In this document: piece by piece, positions 12,711-24,450 of the stretch | Layout of the letters: every line of letters starts with the position of its first letter | Numbering within the stretch: the stretch's first letter is position 1 | Origin: Camelus ferus | Taxonomy: Eukaryota | Direction of reading: 5' to 3' | Length of the DNA: 64,000 nt | Assembly (NCBI RefSeq): GCF_009834535.1 | Contig: NC_045697.1 | Location: 24,430,001 to 24,494,000, forward strand | Made by a program: the position numbers and the translations under genes | The notes under the pieces: model-generated | The model's database searches: none | The model's input: the letters and a program-made list of their open reading frames with translations, nothing else | Told to the model about the DNA's origin: nothing

Positions 12711-12977
12711 CACTCATGTCAATGGGCGTTTAGGTTATTTCCAAGTTTTGGCTATTGTAAACAGTGTTGCTATGAGCATTGGGGTGCATATATCTTTTTG
12801 AGTTATAGTTTGTTGTTTATACAAGGAACACAAGGAACTGTATTCAATATCTTGTAATAACCTATAATAGAAAGAATCTGAAAAAGAATATATATATGTA
12901 TATGTATTATTGAATCACTTTGCTATATACTTGAAACTAACACAATATGGTAAATCGACTATATTTCAATAAAAAAA
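12711..12977 (+). mobile_element. L1 insertion with 5' inversion (twin priming)
   Basis: 12711-~12815 is antisense ORF2 3' sequence (ttggctattgtaaacagtgttgctatgagcattggggtgcat). ~12815-12977 is sense 3' UTR with aataaa and an A-tail. atgaactc flanks both sides (12703-12710, 12978-12985). Confidence 0.85.
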
Positions 12978-13429
12978 ATGAACTCTAATCGCCATCGGCA
13001 TTATTACCTGTAGGGTGTATGTGTATGTACCTCCAGCTAGGATGATATAATTTATTTAAAAGACTAAGTCACTTCATGTAGTCTTCTACTTTTAAGTATT
13101 TTTTTCTGTCATGTTTAATAAGAACTATTCAAAAATCACCTGCACTATGAACATACTTTTTAAGAAGGTCATTCGGGATAGAGAAGGGAGTTTGCTTTGA
13201 TCAGTGCTGAGCTATTGAGCAAAGCAATGAGTATAATTTTGAAGTAGTGTTGAGAAATGCAATCTAAGAAAGAATGGTTTTGATAATTTTGGCAGAAAGT
13301 GAGATCAATTTCTACTTGTAAAATGGAAATGAGTATCTTACTTGATATCTTGAGTCATTTCCTGGGATCCAACTGTTTTTGGAAGCTTTGGCTCAGTCCT
13401 GTCCCATCCCATCCTTCCTCCCCCAACCC

Positions 13430-13850
13430 CAACTCATTAATGAGTGATCCAGATGCTGGACCAGGCTTGGGAACAGCAAAGTGATAAATCAGGCTTTCTT
13501 TTAGAAGAACCTCGTCAAGTCATCCAAAAAACAACAAAAAGCCTCCGACAGAACTGTCACAAAAAAGTGGGATAAACGTGACGCTATTATTAGTTACAAG
13601 GTGTTAGGGGAGCATGGGTGTGTGGCACTAACCAAGATGCTATAGGAATTCAATGGGGAACCATAAACCTGAAGCTTGGTGAGCAACTAGAAGTCAAAGA
13701 TAGGAGCAAAACAAGGAAGAACGCTAGGCAAAACTGCCTTGTGCAAAAGATCTGGGACAGGAGAAAGCATGGTATGTGATAAACATTGAAAAGAATTTCT
13801 TGGCTGGAGGATAGGAGCATTTTCATGTGTATTACCATATGTGGTTTTCA
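13430..13850 (-). mobile_element. L2 fragment
   Basis: ccagatgctggaccaggcttgggaacagcaaagtgataaa and tgtgcaaaagatctgggacaggagaaagcatgg are L2-like. Confidence 0.55.
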
Positions 13851-14059
13851 AAATAAACTCACTAGGTAGAAAGGTTTCGTTTTTGTTTTTCCCTTTTTCA
13901 TGTAATAAAACAATTCTGGGAGGGATTTGAATGTTACAAAACTCTTAAAAGCTAATAGTGGATTTGAATTCATTTTCTTCGATTAATTGAAAACCTTCAA
14001 AGTATGGTAATAAATACTAAGTCACAGCAAGGAGGATTCTGCAACACAGCCTAGGACAT

Positions 14060-14310
14060 AGTAATAAAAGTTGATACTTACATGATTGTCAGGTGCCCAT
14101 AAGGGATTTCTCTGTGTTGTTTTAACCTCATCAAATCCTTACCACCTATGATCTAAGTACTGTCATTACCACCATCTTGTGGATCAGGAAATCAAGATAG
14201 AGAAAGATAAACCTTCACTAATTTCTCATGGCTAAATAATTGATAAAACTAAGGCATGAATCCAGGCGGTCTGTCTCCAAACTCCACACTCTTAATTGCT
14301 AAACCATTGC
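14060..14310 (-). mobile_element. MIR SINE
   Basis: cattaccaccatcttgtggatcaggaaatcaag ... atgaatccaggcggtctgtctccaaactccacactcttaa. Confidence 0.7.
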
Positions 14311-14489
14311 ATCTCTATTTTATTTTATTATTTTTGCAGGAAGTGAATGATTAGAAAGTAGTGTAAAACAATGACAATAATGGAGGAAATTTTTGTACAG
14401 ATGTGATCTATGAGATTTAGAGAGGAGAGGCTTATTACTTTGGGTTGAAAATTTGGTTTTGAAAAAGAGAGAAGAATTAGCAAAATCAT

Positions 14490-14675
14490 TGCCTGTCCTG
14501 AGGGCTGTGGCCCTCTGCTTAGATCCCCCTTCAGGTAGTCATAACACACGCTGGGAGTGCTGGAGATGGTTGGGGTCATCTCCTTCCTCAAGTATTGCCT
14601 GTGTCTGAAGGAAGCTGCCTCGCAGGAGGTAAACTCCCTGCTGAAGAGTAGCCCACAGTGACTGATTGAGGGCTA
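14490..14675 (+). mobile_element. LTR16-like (ERVL) LTR fragment
   Basis: agatcccccttcagg ... gaaggaagctgcctcgcaggaggt ... gtagcccacagtgactgattga resembles LTR16A. Confidence 0.55.
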
Positions 14676-16454
14676 AGCAACTTACAGGTTAAGTAATTTA
14701 CCTAAGGTCACTAAGATTCCAAATAAAAGAATATGATCCTGTAATTACTTGAGTCAAAGTCTAAGACATTTTTCTTTTACCAGGTTTCCTCCTGTGTATT
14801 AACTTAACAGGTCAAAGTAAGTATTTTATAAGAATTGACAAATTTATGTATGCCCACTTTATGCAATCTTCAGACCCCTGTCATTTCAATCTGCTGTTAT
14901 AAGTAAGTTTGCTTTAATATCTTTAACACAAACCAAAAATATAAAAGAAACCAGTAGCAATATAAAAGAAGGAAACTATCTGACGTTGAAACATGAGACT
15001 ATGAATGGTATCCTGTGTTGTATATTAAATATACGTACATCAAATGTATATATATTTTGTAGCTTAAGAATATGTGTTTCCTTGTATTGAGTATGAAATA
15101 CTATAAATCTGTGTGCCCTAGAGATGAGAAGAATCATTCTTGTTGATTCTAAGCATCTAAGCTGCACTTTATAAATAGTAGGAATCAGTGGCACTGCAAT
15201 TTAGGTTTTTATGTGTCATTGGATCTTTTATGGTTGTTGAAAGAGCTGGAATGTCTGTTATTTGAAATATTGTGTATAACAGGAAGTATATCAGTTGTGC
15301 TTCAACTGATTCTAATAAAAAAATCTTTAGAGTATTTCTAGGCATTTAAACTAAGCTTTATTTTTCCCTCCCAGAATTTTACCCACAGTTGATTCAAGAC
15401 ACTTCCTTGTTAAACTCAACAACAACTAGTTAAGCTCAATAAGGTAGTAGTTTGAGCAACTGAAACCCCATATGTTTGTTTCTTGCTGACAGAATGAATT
15501 CTGCTTCAGGGCACTAATCTATTCAAGACACATGTTATAATCAAAGGATATTCGCTGGCAATCATGATGGGAATCCCTGTTTGTAGAATTGCAACCTTGT
15601 GCAATAGCTGCAAAAGTCACAGATGATTAAAAGAGCTAATGCCCGTGAGGGTCCTTTCAAGAACCACTTGACTAGAACTGTGCATCCAGCAGTGCCTCGC
15701 CCCTCCTTCAAGGGCGCTACGGCATTGGACTACAAGTCTATAATAAGATGTACAAAAGTCATAAAACTGCCAATCTCTCTAATCCAAGTATGGCTTCAAA
15801 GGAACATCTTCACTAGTCAAGCAGTACAATGAACACAACTTCTAAAATACTTATTACTGAAATCAATCAATTTTGGAAACAATGTATAAATCACTTAAAT
15901 ATTTGATATACTCATTACATTAAAAAATGAATACGTGGCAGCTCCCTCAAAAGTCTTACAACCTTTTAAGTACTCTGGAGTAGTAAAAATTGTGTTTGAA
16001 ATCACGTCATAGTTAGCTATGTAACCTAAGAAAATACAACATGTATCATTGTCCTTGGAATAAAATCATGCTGATGAAAGTTTTACTCTTCTTATTTTAG
16101 AGAAGATTAAATATATGACTGCGCTATCATTGGCCTTTTAGACAATACTTATATAAATAATTGTCCTTGTTTTAATGCTGAGTTTGATTCTCATGAATAC
16201 ATTTCCTTAGAGGAGATACCCCATGGCATAATTATATTAGTTACACTTTCTTTGTCAGCAGTGTTGTAGTTGCTCATATCAATCAACCAATATGTATGCA
16301 GTTTTGACCGACCTTCATAAGATTCATATTAGTTCCCATGTTGGAAATGAGCATCATTCATTTATAGGCACAGATAATCATATACAATATCATAGCAAAA
16401 CAAAAGTCTTAGTAATGTGATGCATTAAGTAATTCTTTTATCTAAAAAGTAACA

Positions 16455-16700
16455 GAAACTAACATTCATAGAAATGCTTACAATGCCACAGGCCTAAATA
16501 TTTTATATAAATTAATTTGATTAATCTTCAAACCAAATCTGTAAGGTGAATATTATTATTTCCCAGTTTTCTAGAAAAGACGACTAAGACTTAGAAAGGT
16601 TAAGTACTTTGCCCCAAAGACTAAGTGAAAGCTAGTAATTGATGGAGAGTGGGTTGAAATATACAAGTCTCTTACCAGAGCCAGGTTCTTGACCTTGGAA
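16455..16700 (-). mobile_element. MIR SINE
   Basis: attattatttcccagttttctagaaaagacgactaagacttagaaaggttaagtactttgcccca matches the MIR core. Confidence 0.75.
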
Positions 16701-18744
16701 TCAGAGGGCTCATTTGAGTTTTGATACAGTCTCTAATGGACCTCATTGGTTCTGAGGTTCTGAGTAAAGTAAAGCAAATTTCTGACTTAAGTTTTGAAAA
16801 TGTCTCTTCAGAAGACATTTTTGGAGACAGAACCACCTCAGATCAAACATAGCACTATCCTGAGAGTCTTTAAATGGACAAACATTCACCCAGACTCTAA
16901 GAAATAAATCCCTAGCTTACACAAAGATGTGAACCCTTAAGACAACACATGCAAATACATCTGCCTGACTGCAATAGTATTTGCAAATGATGCAATATAA
17001 ATGTGTAGATATTATATCTCTTTATATTTTGACATGTCAGTTGCAGAATCCTTAAGATGCTGTATTTTCAAGTGTTTACTCAGAAATAACAACAACTGTT
17101 ACAGATCATGTAAAGTGTAAAACACAAAATGTTTTATTTCAGTACAAGAGAGGACACCTCAATTCACACTTTGGTTAAAAAAAAAAAATGCCTTTACAAA
17201 TCTGTTGTTGGGACAAATCGGACCACAGGCCAATTCAAACCTTAGAAGGGCTGTTTTAAAAACAATGTTCAGGGTAGACCAACTCAAAAAGTGAGGCAGC
17301 AACGATTAGTACCCAATAATAAAATAAGTAATTTTTACTCAAAAAAAAAAAATCTAAATAGAGAAGAGATGTTGATGTCACAAGGGCTGAACATTTAAAG
17401 AAGTTTATCTGAAAGGAATGACTGAGTAGTAGAGGGGAAAACGATTGGCTTTGCTTCTGAATGAAGGTGGCCTTTAGCCTTGTTAGCTTACATGCCACCT
17501 TTGCTTTCCTTTTGACACCATCGTTTAAGTGCCACAAATCAAATTTGTCTGAGGGCGCTGCTTGACAGGAGTCGTAAGTAAGTGCCAGGGGCCTGGCTGC
17601 AGCTGTTGCTCTGCACAGTTGTGCTGTGTCATTTGAATTTGTGCTTCAGTGCTTCTTTAAAGCATCCCCTCTACGTAACCTGATTACAGTTGTATCCCGT
17701 CTGTTCACTTGATTGCCGATGCTTCAGAATCCTACTGTTAACACAGTCCACAAATTTTAACTCCAGCAGAAATATTTTTCAGAAAGAAATACTTCCCAAA
17801 CCAGCCATTTCTAACAGCTCTCCTTTGATTAGGCCCCAGCATTTTATCACCAATATCCAAGCACCTCTGTCTATGCTCTTTGTCTCCTTAAAGAACTTCT
17901 GTTTCTTGAATCACACTCTGATTGTTTCTTTTGCTTTATTCATACTCTGCTTTTATGTGCTGTTGGTAATATTTTCTTCCACAATCTTTGCATGGTCTCT
18001 TAAAGTCTCCTTTGGCATTTTCATGCAGTTCCAGGATGTATTCTCAATGAGCCTGTCAAATTCCTTGAAGATTAAAATATTCACAAAGTATTTGAATAGT
18101 TGGATATATAGAGGGGAAACTTGGGAAATGACTTTGTCAAATATAGATCATCCACTTTTTCATCAATAAACCCCACACGGCCGTACCTCGTATGCTTTTA
18201 TGTATTACATAAACAATTCATGTTTCACAGAGAACAATTTTTTAACCAAAAAAAAGTCATCTCTCACCCCCAATTTACCTCTTTCTTTTACTAGTATTGG
18301 CAATTCCCCCCATTACCACTCATTCTAGCAATAACTAGCCCTTAAATTCCTGGCTTCCTCCTGCCATTTGTTCATGTCATTCCGAATTATTCTCCTCTTT
18401 AGTATGCTGATCAGTTTAGCAATTTTTTTTTTAAACTTAAGCTGTCATTCAGATTACTTCCATCACTTCAAATAACTCACTAAATTATTTTTTCCAGACA
18501 AATAAGGTGTTCTATTTCCTGGTGAAATGACACATCATCAAATAGCCTTTTCTTGGCAGCTAAATATGATTGCTTGGATCATAACTTCTCCTTTTGAAGG
18601 TTTTCTCTAGTCTGTAAAGCTAAAATAATTTTTTAAAGCAGTTGGTTTTTGAAATTAGATGTTTCTCTTTCTCTTTTCTTCTTCTTCTTTTTTTTTTTTT
18701 TCCTGGTTTAACTTGCAGCTCCAGGCATTAGAAAAGCTTTGTTT

Positions 18745-18873
18745 TATTTCCTAAGGTCTTTGGGGGGGGCAATTATGTTTATTTATTTATTTATTAATAG
18801 AGGTACTGGGGATTGAACCCAGGACCTCGTGAATGTTAACAACACACTCTTCCACGGAGCTACAACCTCTCCC
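18745..18873 (-). mobile_element. tRNA-derived SINE, Vic-1-like (Camelidae)
   Basis: Reverse complement reads gggagaggttgtagctccgtggaagagtgtg (A-box-like) ... gaggtcctgggttcaatccccagtacctc (B-box), then (taaa)n and a C-run. TSD agaaa(a/g)gctttgttt at 18730-18744 and 18874-18888. Confidence 0.85.
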
Positions 18874-19064
18874 AGAAAGGCTTTGTTTCAGAAGAAGAGT
18901 TTCAAAGTCTTTTTGCGGTGAAAAAGAAAGATTTAGAGACGTTAGTGACTAAGTTAAATGACATAGTAAATATTCAAGACAACAAAATAGGTAGAATCGT
19001 TAATACCAGTTATAATGTGATTAATTGTATACTAATAGAAAAGAAATAGTCTTAGTACCTGAGC

Positions 19065-20140
19065 ATAGCTGTATTTGCATCTGCTGTTTATTAATTTTCT
19101 GTCTAGATGATCTAGCCAATGTTGAAAGTGGCACATTTAAGGTCCTACTATTATTTTATTGCTGCATTTTTCCCTCCTAGTCTTTTAATATTTGCTTTAA
19201 ATATTTAGTACTCCAATGCTGTATATTTATAATTGTTGTTTATCTACGTGTATATTTATCATTATTGTATACTCTTGTTCAATTGATTTCCTTATTACTA
19301 TTTAGTGACTTTTCTTTGCCACTCTTGTAACTGATTTTAACTATCTTATCTAAGTGTAGCCACCTCTGTTCTCTTTTGGTTACCATTTGCCTGAAACATA
19401 TTTTCCCATCTCTTTACCTTCATAACTATGCATGTCCTTAGAGTGAAAGTGAATCCCTTGTAGGCAGCATGTTGTTGGGTCTTGTGTTTTTTTCATTTGG
19501 CCATTTGTGGCTTTGATTGGATAATTTAGTTCCTTTTTATTTAAAATAATTATTGGTAGATAAGGACTTACTACTACCATGTCATTACTTGTTCTCTGCT
19601 TTTTAAAAAGTGTCTATGTTACTCTCTTCCTTTCTTACTGTTTTCCTTTGTAATTTATTGTTGGTAATGGTATGTTTTAATTCCTTTCAATGTATCTTTT
19701 ATGTAACTACTATAGGTTTTTCTTTGTTGTTACCCTGAGGCTTATGTAAAATATTGTATATATCGAACAGTCTGTTTTAAACTGGCCACAACTTAGCTTC
19801 CACTGTATACAAAAAATCTAGAGTTTTCCTTCTCCTCCTTCTACATTTTATGCTACTGATGTCACACTTTACAGTTTTTTATATTGTGCATTATTAAAGA
19901 TTATTGTAGTTAAAGTTATTTTTAATATTATTGGTTTTCAACTTTTATACTAGAGATAAAAGTGTTTTATACAGCAACATTACAGTAATAGGGTATTCTG
20001 AATTTGACTACATATTTTCTTTTTCAGTGAGTTTTATACCTGAGTATGTTTTCATGTTATTAATTAGCATCCTTTCATTTCAATTTGAAGAATTCCCTTT
20101 AGCATTTCTTATAAGGCAGGTATAGTGGTTATGAACCCCC
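19065..20140 (-). mobile_element. Old L1: ORF1 end, inter-ORF spacer and ORF2 endonuclease N-terminus (pseudogenised)
   Basis: ORF 19380-19580(-) MVVVSPYLPIIILNKKELNYPIK...QDPTTCCLQGIHF matches the ORF2 start (SIITLNVNGLNSPIK...QDPTICCLQETHF). Frameshifted. Confidence 0.9.
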
Positions 20141-20149
20141 TTATTTCCT

Positions 20150-20295
20150 ATAATCTGAGAATTAATTTTGCATGATTATTTTAGATTTGTGAAGGTGTGT
20201 TTTATGGCCTGGAATGTGCTCTATCTTGGTGAAAGTTCCATGTGAGAATGTGGGAAGTTTGTATAATCTGCTCTTGGATGAACTATTTTATGAAA
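20150..20295 (-). mobile_element. Old L1 ORF2 endonuclease fragment
   Basis: gttttatggcctggaatgtgctctatcttggtgaaagttccatgtgag is the reverse complement of an HGTFTKIEHIPGHK-type motif. Confidence 0.75.
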
Positions 20296-20299
20296 TACA

Positions 20300-20960
20300 T
20301 TAGACTCCTGGTTTCTGTTCTGACATATAAAGAGCTTAAACATTGTCACTCCTTTCCTTACAACAAGTAGATGATCAAACTGAAAATCAAAAACTCTTAA
20401 TACATACATCAAAGAATTGAAAATCTAGGGCAAACTGCTGCCTGCTCTGAAAACTGGAGAGAAAGACAGGCAGAAACAGAGAATCACAATTCATAACTTA
20501 CTGGAGCAGAAGTCCAGAAGCAAAGACTGTAGCTGGAGCAGTCTTGCTCTTAAATTGTAGTTGAGGAATTGCTGGAGGCTCCTTGTGTACTAATGTGAGC
20601 ATTATAAATTCCAGGGGGGGGGTCCAGTCTTGGGGAATATCAAATACTTTTGTGAGTTTTACCTCCAGGAGCTCTCCAGGTTCTAATTCCAACAGAGACA
20701 CATCACCTTGTGCTTCCAGCAGTGGTTGGGGAAAATAACCATTTTGAAATATGTCTACAGCTCTCCTTAACAAGACCTGTCCTACAGGGAATCTATTTTA
20801 CCAGAGCTTAACTGACTGGAGCTTTACCAAAGCCTAACTGACCCATATACAAATGGGCAAAAGGATTTCTTAGCAACCAAGTTACCACTTAGGAATCTCC
20901 AAGAGCCAGTGAAGAGCTTAGGCTCAAAGCCACCCAACCCAAGGGAAAGGGAACATGGGT
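20300..20960 (+). mobile_element. Old L1 (L1MC/L1MD-like) 5' region
   Basis: aaactgaaaatcaaaaactctt ... agggcaaactgctgcc ... gacaggcagaaacagagaatcacaa, plus repeated tacca(g/a)agc(t/c)taactgac units. Confidence 0.6.
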
Positions 20961-20971
20961 ATTATAACACT

Positions 20972-21035
20972 CTTCTAGTTACTCATTGCTGTGTAACAAT
21001 CTACCCCAAAACATAGCACCCTAATAGAACCATTT
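20972..21035 (-). mobile_element. MLT1 LTR 3' fragment
   Basis: tagttactcattgctgtgtaacaatctaccccaaaacatag. Confidence 0.6.
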
Positions 21036-21205
21036 TAGTTTTTAACAGACTTATTAAGATGTAATTAACAGACAATAAACTGCATACATTTAAAATGTAT
21101 GATTTTATATAGTTTGACATATGTATATTCTGTGAAAGCATCACTACAATTAGGAAAATAAACATATTTATCACCTTCAATGGTTTTTGTGCCCCTTTTT
21201 AATTT
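21036..21205 (-). mobile_element. Old L1 (L1MB/MC-like) 3' end
   Basis: ttattaagatgtaattaacagacaataaactgcatacatttaaaatgtatgatt...catcactacaatt. Confidence 0.75.
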
Positions 21206-21214
21206 TCACAACTT

Positions 21215-21620
21215 AATTATCTTGTGGAAGATAAAGGATACAGAATGTAGGAGTAGGTAGGGGAAGACATCTAACTGTAAGACAGGTCTGACCCCTGTGA
21301 AAGGAGAATATGAAGGAAAGAAGATTGACTAGGAAGGTCCCCAACAGCAGAGCAGCCGTGAGAAAATCCTGATTAGCACAACAGAGAACTAAGTGCTTAG
21401 GCATCTTTCAAACAGTTCCATGTGGTCTGAAATGTTGAGACCTTCTATCACCATGATGTTGAGTCATTGGAAAGATACAGCCATTCTGTTGTGCACTATG
21501 ACACAAAAGCTGAGGCAGACCCTCAAAGCACCTGCAACTGGAGACTCTGAGATAACTTCCCTTCTTGTGATAGGTTTCCCTACCTTCAGAAAGGCACATA
21601 ATAGAACGGCTGCCCCATGA
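21215..21620 (-). mobile_element. LTR16-like (ERVL) solo LTR
   Basis: caggtctgacccctgtgaaaggaga is shared with the LTR at ~49410 (ctggtctgacacctgtggaagga). Also gctgaggcagaccctcaaag...ctggagact. Confidence 0.65.
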
Positions 21621-22294
21621 AGTTTCCTAATGTTAAGAAACAAAATTGTTATGGAAAAATACTAAATTATATCCCTTAAACAAATAGAGTGAAATATTCT
21701 CCAAAGAATGTGACATTAAATATTTTTAAAGTATACTAAATAATAATACTGGATTAAAGTCTTATATTAGTCCTTATTCGCTATTTGCCCTGATTTTTCT
21801 GTATGTATATAATACTCAAAGATTTCATAAGCCCTAGTATTACTAGAAGTAGCAATCAACATTTATTATTCTTAGGACCCTACTCATCAACCGCATTTTC
21901 TCTAAAGGGGAAATTTTGGAACCTATATTTTTGTGTGTATATTATTAACAAAATAGTTTGTGTGGTTTGTTCACTATAGTTAAGTTTTACAGCATGCTTT
22001 TCATTATCAGACCCTAAGAATTTTGTTGTAATATAGACTAGGAAAATTTTACCTTTGTAGTCATCAAAATAATTTAGCAGCGCTAAATAAAAAAATAATG
22101 TAGTTTCAATAACACTCCAAATGTGATATTTTACAAAAGTAGTGTTGGCGTATGTAATATTTTGGGTTAAGCACAGTGTTGAGAGCACAAAAAAGTCAAG
22201 AATGAGTTCTTGAATAAGAACCAATACTTATGTTTGTCAAATGTTCTATATTTGAAATTTAAAAGACTTACTGAAATGTTGCTTCATAGTAAAT

Positions 22295-22811
22295 TGGTAA
22301 CCAAGTCCCAGCTCCTCCTGCTTGCTGCTTGACAGGGCAATGAATCCAGAGGTGAGTTGTTGAAACAAGGAATAGTGATCTTATTCAGAAAGCCAACAGA
22401 CCAAGAAGATGGTTGACTTGTGTCTCAAAGAACCATCTTGCCTGGGTTTGGATTTAATTTCTTTTATAGAGCAAAAGCAGGAGGAGAGTGAGGAGGTAAA
22501 GTAAAAGAGGTGATAAATTGTTGCACATATTTCCTGGTTCTGCCAGATTCTGGTGGGGGTGTGTTAACTTCTTTTTCCTGCAGTCATTTATAGGTGGGCC
22601 TGGTCAGGATGCTTCCTGTGAGCTTAAATAAAGGTATTTTAGCTTAATGCTCAGGCATGGGAGGCAGGGTTCCCAGGGATGGGTTGTTAGGTATACTTCA
22701 ATCTATAGGCAACATCCCTTTAGTTATTAACTTGTAGCAAAAGAATAGAATGCAGATGTTAAAGTAAAAAAAAGATCCAACATGGAGTCAGATTTGTTCT
22801 TCCCTATTACA
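22295..22811 (-). mobile_element. ERV1-type solo LTR, complete
   Basis: TG...CA termini, 517 bp, flanked by the 4-bp TSD aaat (22291-22294, 22812-22815). Its end resembles the LTR at 37679-38114. Confidence 0.85.
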
Positions 22812-23599
22812 AAATTAATATATACATGCACATGTACATATATGCAGGTATCTGTGCATGTATGTATGTGTATGAAGTTATGTGTGTATACATTCATAAG
22901 CAGTTACAAGTTATGCATTCATTCTCCATCCCTGGAAGTTGAGCTGGTTCAAGGGAGTTGGTTCACAAATGCTGAAATAACTACAATGGTTTTTTATTAG
23001 GTCTCTAGCTGTTATTAAGAAGGATGGAAACATTACACATAAATTAGATTTTAAAAAATCATATATCTTTTCTATATTGGACTAGTTTTGAAAATGATTT
23101 ATTTCCTTTTATGATTGTTCTTTAATTTTTGATGTCTCTTTATATTTTGATTATAGTTTCTCAGGCTAATTCATGGACTCTTGAAAAGAAATACAAGATG
23201 ATTTTTCTTTTATTCCTGGTTTCTGTCAAGCAGTAACTGATCCTTAAATAAACAATGAAGTGCACTGGTGGGATGACAATGGAAGAATTTAAAGAGAAAA
23301 CCTCTTAACTGATTTAAGCTTTATTTTCATATGCTATTTTTATTAACTGTGACATACTGAATCATATTTTAAGATTTAAACTGAAAGTTAACTTAATTTT
23401 ATACTAATTTTTAACATTAAAATTATTATAACTTTATTCAAAAACACATAAATGCACAAAATTATGTAAAAAAATAATATTTTGGCCCCACAGCTTTGCA
23501 AGATATCAACAATTCGACTTAATAAATTTCAGCTTTTTTTTTAATTGTGAAAACATGCTTTTGGCCAAGTCCCCGTAACATACCTCTCCCACTTTATCA

Positions 23600-24450
23600 C
23601 GAGTATCTTCAAGTTGGTGTGAATATTCTAAAATTTGATACTTATGTATAATATAAATTGTGATAAATTGTATGCATATAATATATGCATACAAAATAAT
23701 ATGTGGGATTCATATTGCATATTTACAAAAACCAAATAATGCATTTCTTTACCTTGATGAAACATTCTTTCCTCCTTTAACCTGATGCTTTTGAAAATTA
23801 TTACTTCATCTAGCTCTAGCCATTAATCTATTATTGTGTAATATTCCTTTGTATGAACTAATCACATTTGTTTTTCTTTTACCAGCAAATTGAATGTTTA
23901 GGCTGTTTTAGTGTGTTCATAATTATGTGTAAGTGTTGCCATGGATAGTAATGGACACACTTTCTTCTGAACACGTGCAAGAGTTTCTCTATAATAAATT
24001 ACTGAGCAGAAGCCTTGGTCATTCTTAACTTTATTTCCAATTTTTCCCCAAATTATGCCTATAGTCACAATATATTGTGTTTTATTTTTCCACTTTCCAC
24101 CAACACCTTCATGGTAGCCACCGTTTTGAATTGGATAACCCTATAGATGTAAAATTATTTTTCAGGATTGTTTTAAATAACATTTTTTAAAGTGAATGAT
24201 TAGCTTGAGAACCTTTCATTTGTTTATTGATTATTCAAGATTTCTCTCTATAGACTTTCCCATTTTTATATTGGCATGTTTTCTTATTCCTATGGATATG
24301 TTGATGTGTTTTATACATTCTAGAGTTAAATTCTTTGTTGCTAGGTGCATATTATATGTTTTTCAGTCTGTGTTTTGTCTTCTGTTTGCTTACATTATCT
24401 TTATCATTTAAATTTTTCATTTTGCTGTGGACATTTTTATCAGCATTTTC
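23600..24450 (-). mobile_element. Ancient L1ME-like 3' region
   Basis: T-rich. tattgtgtaatattcctttgtatgaac...tgtttaggctgtttt; gtgcaagagtttctcta; ttgagaacctttcatttgtttattga. Confidence 0.6.

Noticed and set aside
17690..18169. Longest ORF (159 aa), hydrophobic and membrane-protein-like
   Set aside because: Non-ATG start, the F/L/S/I bias simply reflects T-rich DNA, and there is no recognisable domain or exon structure.
18795..18873. tRNA gene
   Set aside because: It is a SINE head: it has a simple-repeat tail and TSD, and no intact cloverleaf.
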